This document shows positions 43,831 through 55,800 of a DNA stretch of 64,000 nucleotides, one piece after another. The notes beneath the pieces were generated by a model that searched no databases, was not told the origin of the DNA, and saw nothing but the letters and a program-made list of their open reading frames with translations. Position numbers and translations under genes: made by a program. Every line of letters starts with the position of its first letter. Within the stretch, counting starts at the first letter, position 1. The DNA is from Utricularia gibba (lineage: Eukaryota > Plantae > Magnoliophyta): NCBI GenBank assembly GCA_002189035.1, contig NEEC01000020.1, positions 1,054,001 through 1,118,000 of the forward strand. Reading direction: 5' to 3'.

Positions 43831-46800
43831 TCACTGTGGTTCTTCAATCGCATACTCCACTTCAAAACCAAGATAACAATCGGAAACAACCAGCAGCTTC
43901 ATACCCTGGTAGGAAGGAAGACTTTCCCGTTAAGGTACAGAAGAAGCAGAAGAGATATTAGACGGCACAGAAGAAGAAGAAGAAGAAGAAGAGATATTAG
44001 ACGGCACAGAAGAAGCAGAAGAGATATTAGACGGCAGAGAAGAAGCAGAAGAGATATTAGACGGATTTAACGAAAATAAAAAAGGAACAGAATCCCTTCG
44101 AAATCATCCACTGATGATGGATGACCAACTCTTATCTTTTCAAGAATGAAACAACTTGCCTGGAAGTTATCGACATTTGAGACTATCTTCATCTTTGTTT
44201 GCAGAATGTCTGTAAAAGTAACCCTCTTAAGGGCAAGGAGTTGAGACGTGGACGTATTTCCAACGACCAACCACCATGCTTCATCTTTTACCTGAATTGG
44301 AAAACATAATCATCCATTCGTTCAAAGAAAGACAGCCAACACAAATAAGACAAACCTTGGGGAAACGAGGGGCAAATGCTCTAGATGATTTTCTGAATCT
44401 GTTCAAGTTCTCCAATCTTATGTGCACAATGAACTGAGAGTTATCACCCTCATTTTGTTTCTCAACTCTCAACTGCACATTAATACGAGGGAAATGCCGG
44501 AGCTCCTGAGTAGAAATTGAATAGCATCCAGGTCAGTACAGAAAAATGAGTAGCAGCTACCACAACCTCATAATGGGCGTGTAGACAGCAATTCTGCTAC
44601 CATAACTCGCACATATATATAAATGCAGGTCTTGTATTGCTGTGTCCGGGTATAAAGCCAGATAAATTGGTGTATTCATGGCGAAGCAAAATTCCATGGA
44701 TTTTTCATGTGGTAAAACATCATACCTCATGCAACCTTGAACCTAGCGAACTGGCACCGAAACTCTGCAAAATAGCTACAGGGAGCTCCAGCAACTGCAG
44801 GATGGATGAGACTCCTTTATGTGCCATTCGAGAGGCAAGTTCATCATTCATGCATGGTAGCATCTGTAAGGAGGAATGCTTCCCAAACCACAAGCCCTAC
44901 AGCACAAGCAAATAGAGCTTCCAGTAAAATGGCCCTTTGACTTAGAAAGACTGAAAACATATAAAAATAAAAAAATTCAATAACCAAGAAAAATAAAATT
45001 GAAGTCTAGAAAAACCAGACACATTCTTAACCGTAAAGGTGAACGAAAGCAACAACTTAGTTGATTCAGAAATACTACACAGTGCAGATTGAGGGTAAGT
45101 TCCACACATTCTCAAAATAAATTTTCAGAAAAATAAAAATGTAAACTAAAATAAGAATGATAAATAAAATAAGTTGGTGTTCTGTAGTTTTAAAAAGAGA
45201 TTGCATAATAAAAAATTATTTTCAATAATATACACACGACCATTCACGTAAATTTTTTTTTTAATTTCTCAAAACTTTAGACATGGAAAATTGGAAAAGG
45301 ACTTTAAAGAAATGAATTGAAATAAATAAAGCAAATAACATTATTGAAAAAAATATGTTAAAATGAAAATTAAAAATCAGAATGAACAATGATTAATTTT
45401 GTATTGATATGTTATTTTTTAGAATGAGAATTTTATATTTTTGAAAAATAAAAAATAAATGTATAATGCAGAATAATTAATTTTTTATTTTGAAAATGAA
45501 AAAATAAGTATCATGATTTGTGCAAAACATAACTTCAGTGCTTCTAGCTTAATAAATAATAATGATAAAAGCATTGAATATAGGCATACCTGCATGACCA
45601 TTTGCAATAGACGCATACAATTAAGTGTACTTGAGAGCCATCCGCTGTTAGCACATACATCTATCATACCCTGGATAATCCGAATGCTCTGGTCAAGCAC
45701 AGACTTCAAATCTGTGACATAGTCAGTGATGGGCAACTCAACACGCAAAAAGTGGGCCTGCATCATAGAAAAAAGTGAAGAAGAAATCCAATGTCAATAA
45801 GAATTGTTGTTTTAGAAGACAAAATGACTATGCCTGTTTGCTCAGGCACATCCAGAATTATTGGAACCAACAAAATGTGGACATGGAGGTAACTGAGACC
45901 TAGTGAATTAAAGAATCTTCAGAGCTGATTTACATATGACATGAAGACATCAAATACCTGAAAAAGTAAATTTGCTTTAACATGCGGGTCATCTAAAAGA
46001 TTTTTGTCAACTGTGAAGTCAACCATGGTGGCAAGTTCAGCATTGTGATTGTCCTACAACAACACCAAAGAGAACAATAAACTTATACCTGAGGCTGATG
46101 ATATGGATCATCAAATAAGAATTTAAGAACGTATTCTACACACAGAACGACAAAAAAACAACAGTGCCAAAGCATATGATAAAGCATAATTCCTTACTAA
46201 CGAAGCATATATAGAAAGAATATAATTTAGAATAATTTGATTCTTTGAATGTATAAAGAAAGCAAGAAATTTAAGAACGTATTCTACGGTTCATTAACAT
46301 GCTCTTCCTCTTCAAGAGTATCAGGATTGAAGGTTACTAAAAAAGGCAAAAGATGCACAAATCTCCACACATATCTTTATAAAAAGACATACCTCATTGT
46401 GACGCACTGGAAGCTCATCATACTCAGAAGCATTAGAGAGAATCTGAAGAAATGCCTAAAAAGAAAATTTCCAACAAGAATTCAGTGAGATACACAAAAA
46501 TACAGCACTGTAGGATTAGTGGCTCCCTAAAGTTGGGTGACTAACTTCAAGAGACGTCTGTGCTTCTATTTTCAAAGCAAACATTGATGCAGTTGTATAT
46601 TTTAGATAATATTGAGAGGCTATTGAACCCAACATAGTGGGCTCCACCCTGTCATCTTCAATTTTAATGCAACCACCCACTTCAAGGTCCTCAAAGGTGG
46701 CCATGGCCATGCTGGTAAGAATGCAACAATGAGATATGTATCAACAAGTCGATTCAAGAACACTAAATTGAAACCACCTTGACAGGTATGTACTAATAGT

Positions 46801-49800
46801 TTCAGGATCAGTGTGCTCTAAGCCATAATAAGATGGATTGACAACCTGTTACAATAAACACAACACCCTTTCAGGAAATAATCACAGGAAAGGCAACTAC
46901 AGCATAAGGTTCTCTATATTCTGATTAATGTGAGACAATGTAGGACGAATATAATGAAGTAGGGTTGATTGCAAAAAGAAAAAAGAATCCTTTCCATGAT
47001 TATTATTTTCCATGTCAATATGAAATGAAAATATACCAGTCTCCGGAATAAGTAAGTCCATGTAAGATAGTGGACTGCATCTTCTTTATGAGAAATAGTC
47101 CCAGAAACTATCTCAGCATTGAAGTGATCGTGCAGCTGCTCTCTCAAACTGCTTTCAACCGGAAATGGTTCATAGAGAAACTTGAAAGAAAAAGAAAACA
47201 TGTTACGTTGGCTAAATGTACAAGACGTGACATAAAAATATTGTCCCTAACCTTTTTGTAGAAACTCTTTTTAGGTTCATGGACAAGAATAATAGCTTTT
47301 CCATGTTGATCATATTGAGGCCTTCCTGCACGACCCATCATCTGTAATATATCTGTAATTGGAAAATCAATGTATCTCTTCGCTTTTGCATCATAATATT
47401 CTGTTCCCTGAAAACAAAAAGGCACTTGTAAAGAACAGATTGACTAACAACAAAACAGCATGTGATATACAAAATGACTACTGTTTAATTGTATCAAGCA
47501 ACTAACATAAATACCACAGAAACGAATGGGATGACTATCCTCTAAACAAATGCTATTTATTGATGACTGGTACGCATGGACAAATTATATAGGACTTCTC
47601 TGGTACATCCAACCACACCCTTGTACAAAAAATTGGATGTCATCGCTTTAGATCACTCTGTTTCACATGTGACCCACCAAAATTGTAGAAAAAGCTATGG
47701 ACACCAGCGATGCATATAATCTTATATCCAGTTTCAAATATAAATTATAGAGAACCAGCAATCACACCCAAAGAGCACAGAAACTAGTGATAACCTTGTA
47801 CCAGAAATGTAGACATGGAAGGCTGCACAGAATTGACTGACCTTTATGATGACTAAATGAGCTGGAAGATTCACGCCCCAGGCTAATGTACTGGTGCAAA
47901 CCAAAACCTGACAGAAGATAGGGTTTAGGAAAGAAAGCATGAAAATGAAAAATATATATTTAGCCAGAATTCAAATTTAAAACAGTCTACAGAGATTGCC
48001 AAATAATTTCCTGAATCTTGTTATTTGCGAAGAGTTCCTCAACAATAGATCTGTCCTTGTCATTTAGGCCAGCATGGTGCAACCCAATACCAAATTGAAG
48101 TGTGTGTCTAAGGTTCTGATCGGTTACTTGAAAAAGAATCATTTGAAGTGATTCTTCAGTAATGGACAAGAATTTCCTAGGTTGCTCATCAGACGCTGCA
48201 TACTTTAGAACATGGACCAAGAAAAAGTATCAAGTGATGAAGGTGGATAGAAGGATGGCCATCAAAGAAATGAAATGCAATTCTACCTGAATGAGGTCCA
48301 TAGCAGTAAGCCTTGTCTGGCGGCGAGATGAAACAAATATAAGAACAGGTTTTACTGGTGAATAAGTACATATAGCAGCATAAGTGGGCTTGTTCATACT
48401 GTTCATTCTTGGACAATAAAATTTTCCAGGATACCCCTGATGACAAAAACATGAGAAAACAGAGGGAGTTAAGCATACAAACCATAACTGCTGATTATGA
48501 CCTTTGAACCATGCAACAGCAGCATGAGTATGCCCTTGATAGGGACAGAAAAATGTGAGGATGCAGCACAGCACATAGACAACAAGGAAGTCATCACTTG
48601 CCTGGATATGAACTTCAAGAGGAACAGGCCTAACACTTGGCTTGAAATTGAACAGACCAGTTTCTTCAACTCCTAACCAGTCGGCCAAATCACTGCCATA
48701 GACATGTGAAGCCATATAAAATAAACATGAAGAGGTAGGGCATGGAAGCCTGTGACAGATTTGCATTGTCAAAGGCATACCGACACTCTGATACTATGCA
48801 ATAATTATAGACAGTGCAGACTTCTGACGAGCCTATTTCATGTCTAATAGCTCATTCATCTAATATTTATGGTATCTCCAGGCTCCGCAGAAGACATGAA
48901 TAGAGTGCTATATTCAAGCATAAACAACACGTGCGCACTATCAGGAGTCATGTTATTATGAGTGAAATAGAAATGTCGATGACAACTGCAGACTCAAACA
49001 AAGGGCAGCACTATGGAAGTTATCTTGGCTAAGGCATCATTAACTTAATTATCTCAACAAAGAATAATGCAAACTAAGAATCAAATTATAAATCCATTTT
49101 CAATAGAACCAAAAAGAAGTTTAGGCAATGCAGCATGCGCTCAATAAAACATTCATTTAATTCTGGAGTAGAAAATTCTATTCCCAGCCTAACATTGCTC
49201 CTAATCCGCACCTCAAAAATGACTATGCGGTGAACAAAGTAGAGTGGATTCCAAAATGTCAACACACGAAATAAAAGCAATATTTTCTCTTAGCTTTTGT
49301 TTGGCAAGCTGCTGTCAGATCTAGTATGGATCATAAATGGAGGGTAAAAACTTACTGAGCATTTGCCAAAGCGGTAGAGAGACCAATAAATCTAATGGGC
49401 CTGTCTGTCTGTGAAGATATATATCTCATCCTCGACACAATGACCTGTTAATATAAATAAAAATGTTTAAAGTGGTGTTGCCAGAAATGGACTGTCACTT
49501 CAAAGTTTATAAACTCTTCAGCATGGCATCAAAGAAACAGGAATTTTGTTTTATATTTAAAATGAGCAAACTTAAAAAATATGAGGAACCACTACCAGTG
49601 TGGGCGGTGCAATAATGCAGTTGACTTTATAATACCAAAGCCATATTAGCTCAAGCTTTTTAACTAGAAGACGATTTGATATTCCTAACCTAACAAAGAT
49701 TTCCAGATCTAATACCGTCACCTGAAAAGCTTCTATAAAGTAGGGATATTGGCACTCTGAGTATATTATGCTCGTCCTTTCCTAGCTCTAGAGTGAGAAC

Positions 49801-52800
49801 CATATGAATGGTAATTGAATGGTCTTATTAACAATCTTAAAGAAAGAAGGTAAAATACATTAGTGCTCAATCATTTTTACATCTACCCAAAACATACCCT
49901 CCTAATGAAAATGCAAGCATTTAATAGTAAGAAATTAGTTTCAAATCTACCTAAAACAGAACCATTCTGATATGACTCCTACTCTGTGTCACAGCACATA
50001 ATAAGGGATTGACGCCAAGAAAAAGAGCATTATAGCTTTTGAAAATGCATAATTAGTACATAATGATACATACTTGAACCGTAGCCTTGTGTATACGCAC
50101 CAAAAGGTCACAACAATTTGACCTGGTAAAGTAATGTTTACCTAAGTGCAGTTTTTGTGAGCATTTCAGGTAAGCGAACTCAAAATGTCATTATTTAGAT
50201 TCATTTCATTCAAGCGGTACAATCGTGCAATAAGCTTAACCATTCAAAGAAGTTAGGAAGCCAATGGAATGTGACTAAATCTCTTGTGTTCGAACATTCA
50301 CTCAGATAAATATCCAAGTTGGAGCTATCAAATTTCAAGCCTCTGATGGGTCACAACTACTAATTAATATTGCACGAAACAAGCTAAGCAAGTCAATCAC
50401 AAACCTCCAATATTGGTCCACGGTCTGCACCCAGTAAATGAATCTCGTCCAATATCATTAACCCAACCTACATTATATGAAAGATACAACTATGGATTAA
50501 CATAAAAAATACGCATAGTCAAGCAAAATCAATTTATCATTAACCTTCTTAACATAGCCTCGAGTATGCCAACTGCGGCTAATACCATCCCATTTTTCAG
50601 GAGTAGAAATAATAATGTCTGCAGCTTCTATTGCTTTCAAATCTGGGGTGTAATCCCCTGTCATTTCAACCTAATTATGAATCAGAGTTAGAGATTTGAT
50701 GACGGTAATATGCTTGTATGAAGTGGAATCGGTGAACACCATTTGCTTTCCAAGCCTGGAGACAATACGCTTCTTCCAATCATTCAATCTTTCCCGAACA
50801 AGTGCCTTTAATGGTGCAATGTAAATAACCTATTTTAAAACAATCTTAGTGAGAAATTTCTTTGCACCCAGCAACTAGAAATAAGAGAATTCATTAACGA
50901 AAACAATCTTAGGACACCATATGAAATGTTCGGAAAAAAACATGGTACATCAAAAAAAAAAAAATAACTAGGATGTGATGCATAATATATTGGCAAGTAA
51001 ATAGACGAGGTAAGAAAAGAAAAAGGAAATGCCTTCATATCAGGCTGAGTACTGAATAGATGGAGCATAGCAAGTTCAGCTGATATTGTTTTACCACTAC
51101 CGGTTGGAGCTCCTAAGAGAACATTCTGGCTTGTATGGTAAAGCAAATGAAAAGCCTGAAACATTAATCAAAATTATCTCAGAAGTGGTATTGCACTTTC
51201 ACATAGATGAACACTCACTGGAAATGCAATCGCAAAAAGGAATATGTACCAAACCTGTGTCTGTATAGGGTTAAAATGGGTGAAGTTATACAGTGCACCG
51301 TAAGTTTCACTACCAAGGGCTGTCACAGGAAGTGGTTTCAGATCAAGAAGTTCAGTATGAGTTGTATGTGCCTGGAGAATGCCAGTAGTAGTTAACAACC
51401 CCTGCAATAACTATTAAAAAAATTTGAGGTAAACGCAAAACCACCTCTGGAAGTGCAAGGTTCTGCAATGATATGGCATAGAAGGACTCCGAGTGCAACC
51501 AACTGTCAGAAACTGCACGAATGAAGTACTGTGGTGGATGTGGTTCAAATATGGGAACTGTGAAGGAAAGCTTTTGAGAATCTCCCTTCGACATTTTCTT
51601 TGTTAGCGTGAACAGTTCTGAATGATATATGTGGTCATTCTCTGAATCCTGGGAAGGTTAATCACCAGTCGGTCAAAGGAGCACATCACAGATGCTGCAT
51701 TATGCCTTCATATAATTGTTGGCCTTTCCAAGGAAAGGAAAAACAAAACTTCCAAGGACTAGTGCCAATCAAAAGAAAACACTCACGGCAGTTAAACAAA
51801 CAAATTTCACCACTGACATTAAGGAAAAGATAATAATCACACACATCCATCACTTAAGACTAAGGGAGTATATTAAGGGACCACGGAAAAAAGAATTCTA
51901 AAAAGTTAATAGCTGGCTTGCACTTCGATGGCTACAGAAAACAGTATTGTAGAACAAAAAGTGACTTTTTCCATCAAAATGGCATGGAAAAAGAACATTT
52001 TACTCACAATGAAGGGCCAAGCTGCTTATCTCCAGTTACAGATTTTACATTACAATATCTCAAAAAACTTTATGAAATTCCCAAAATCAATTACCTCAAC
52101 CAAAATCCACCAACGCTGGGCAGTTCCATGAAACCTATCATTCCATGCAAAGACAGCCAATATTCCCAAATCAACCTGTAATGATCAAACATGATGCTAA
52201 GTGGCTATCAAATTGCTCCAACCTAAGATAATGAAGGCATAAATAAATACCTTTAGAACAGTTCTTGTGATGGGACTGACTGTACAAGATAGCTCAACCA
52301 TTGGAAAATATCCCAGATAACGCTTCACCATCTTCAAGAGATAAGGAAATGAGAGTGTTTTCAATGTCCAACAGTTAGAGAAAAGGTATTCACATAAAAC
52401 AGAGAGAGGGATACCTTGCCTCCTGCAGCATACCGGATTAAAGCTCCAATATCTGCCTCCTGCATCTCATACAAATGATCCAAATCTATTGATCTTTCTT
52501 CAAGCTTCCTCAATATCTATAAACGAAATTAGGAAGAAAAAGTGCTTCAGAATACAGAGTCCAGCCACAACAAGACAAAAAAAATAACATTTATCAAACT
52601 TCTGCTGAAATATCTTTATCAAATTGCCGAAGTGGATGTTGATGAGGCCAAATCTGGCGATCCACTGCCTTGCAGTACTCCAGAATCAAGGATGACATCT
52701 CACTCCATCCTCTTCTCAAACAAACTTCAAACAACGCCCGCATGATACGACCCAGGCTTGAGCTGATGTATGATGCATCAGAAACTAGTGAAAAGGTATC

Positions 52801-55800
52801 AATGGAGACCCTGGAAATGTATAACTGTAACAAAATATTGTAAGAAACAAAAATTGTGAGTAAACTGGGTGCATATGTATCAGAAAGAACTACACACTGA
52901 GTAAGATGCTTAACCTGAATGAGCATTGAAACCTTTCCATGTTTGCTTGATGGGCCACCCTTGATCTCTAGAGGGCAACGCTGAGCTAGAGCTTCTAGTT
53001 CATTCTGTTCTTCCTCTCTAACAACAATATTTTGGAACTCGGAGGAATGGGCAACCATCTCAATGACCTGCAAGAATTAAAGTAAACAATGACAGCATTT
53101 TCTCAATAATCCTACAGATAAAACCATCAAAATAAAATGAAACAAAAAAGTCCACTTTCCCAGACTGGAAAATAAACTAATTTTGTAAAATAAACCACCG
53201 CTGAAAAGCGATTCTAGATAACATAGCTAAGTACCAAAGCATTACATGCTTTGAAAAGGTATTAAGCTTTACTTCATAACACGTGTGTCACATACCTCAC
53301 TCTCACTCATATGACGCCTTAGCATATCATTATATGTTTCAACACTGGAATACTGAATATAGAAGTGGCTAGCAATACGGCCAAGCTCAGTGCAAAAAAA
53401 GTTTCCACTTTTCTCATCAAAACGCATCATTTTTGCCCTGTCAAGGGCACGTGCAGCACCTGACACCAGAGCACTCTGTTTCAGGCTCAATGAAGGATCT
53501 GCAATGACCTGATGATAGACAGGAAAGCTAAATTATATACTTCAGCACCCTGAAGAATTTGAAATTCTAGGAAAACACAACTGGAAAAACAGAGTTCTGT
53601 TGAAGTATAGGATTTGTATGCGCAAATATACTCTGGCTATGCTGCTTGCAGGTGAAATAGAAAAATTCAAGCCTCTGGCAATAAAACTAAAGTAACTTTT
53701 AAATGACATATTGTAACGCTTACCACATAAATCCACCATTTTGGATTCACAAAGCAATGCACAATAAGGAAATGAAAAGTTTACAAAAATATTTATTTGC
53801 AGTTCCAGAGGAGAGAACGATACATGACCTCATCCCAGCCAATACCATATGCAAGAGGATTCATCTTCATTCGTATTGAAAGATATGTATATCCTAGCCA
53901 CGCACAAGCTTCCTTTACATTTGTAACAGTTCCCAACGCCACCTCAGCGTTTAGATTATCTTTCAAAGAGTTGATAAACTATGAGGCAAAACAAGGAAAA
54001 TGTCCACTGATAAGAAGAAGTAAATGTCATGAATCTAATTAAAATGAGTCTTCATCAAGTACGCAGTCATCCACTGTAGATGTCAATTGGATATCTAAAA
54101 TGATTTTAAGGGCAAGAGAATCCTGCTTTCTAACAGTGGGTGATAAAATAGTTTTCCGCATAAAGGAAAAATAGCACCGTTCATCATTTGCTGATACCTC
54201 AACTATCGAGTGACACATGAAATCCTAGTTTCCCATGCTAATTTAAACGTGGAAAGCATTATTCCACTAAGACTCAGAGACAAGAGGAAAATGGACTCCA
54301 AAATATGAAACAAGCACATATATGTATGAGTGTATATATTTGCAAATAGAAACTTATCATCACATAACACTAGAATATGTTGAATGAGATTGATAGGGGC
54401 AGTTAAAAACATAGGTATTTACCTGGCTCTCAATGGGAAGTTGGCTTGTTAAAAGTCTCAAGTAGAATGCCAATTTATCATGAGAAGTTATTATAATTCC
54501 TTCACCACTGGTATCAAATTGAGGTCTACCAGCACGACCAAATATCTACAGGACATTTTTTTGAGTCAACAGAATTAGGATCTTCACAAATACTCTATAG
54601 AATTTGGCAAATTGAAGTTACCATAGAATTTGGCAAAACACTTGACAGTTACCTGCATCACATCAAGCATGCCAAGGTCTCGCCACCCACCAGCTTTCGC
54701 ATCATAAATTTGAGTACCCTATCAGCAGTGCAGAGGTTAAACTAAGTCATGCAAGTGCCACTGAAGAATGAAGAGGAAGGTAAAAAATTATCAACTTATC
54801 GGCATTTTCATTCCCTAAATTTTTAACAGATAAAAAATAAATCAAACGTCAACCAACTAGAGATTCACAGGCGACAATAATATTAAGAATCCAAGAAGCA
54901 AGAGTATTAGACACAAAACAAAAAAACATAGATAATATAGTTTAAACGCAAAAGATTGGTCCTGTGTTCCTTTAATGCAGGAGACAATTTAAAGCACCAA
55001 GAACCTTAATAACCACAGTGTGAGCAGGTAGATTTACACCCCACGCTAGTGTTGCAGTGCATACGAGGACCTACCATGCAGATATCCGTGTTAAAAGTAT
55101 ATATAGAGAGAGAGAGAGAACATAGCACCTACAGGGAACGACTATACCCTAAGAAGTCCCTCACTAAAAAGACGCTCAGTCAGGCCCCTGTCAGAGCGAA
55201 GCATTCCAGCATGATGGATTCCAATAGCGTAGTCAAAAAGTTGGACCAACTCCTTGTTTCTGGACTTCATTACTTCTTTCTGAGAAAACAAAATAGCTTG
55301 AAAAAGGAAATATCCTATAGAACCAACATAACTGACCCCACCAGTACAAATACACAAATATGAAACCAAACCTTGAATAACTCTTGCTGAGGATGTGTGG
55401 CGTTTGTGAAAAGACCAAAATCCTCTTTTCGACGTGCCATTTCAACCTGTAGGTAAAGCCAGTAAAGAAATAAAAAAACTGAGAAAAATTATAACGTACA
55501 TGTAGGAAAACTCAGAGGCGTAGTTTTAAATTATAGAGATGGCATCAGCCTTTTGACAAAGAGGTATTGAAGTTTCTTCCGTCTTCTGCATATGAGCAAC
55601 AGAAGCTTACCGAGCTAATTTTACCACTTTAAGATAACAATGAAACAGTTTTGATGTATGATCGTAATATAATTATATAATATCCAGCAGCATTAAACCA
55701 GAATTAAGACACAGTATAAATCTACAATACTGATTTGCTCCATCAAGAAGAACTCTTTCACTGAAGTTGAAATACCGGAGGTAACAGATAAACCAAAAAG

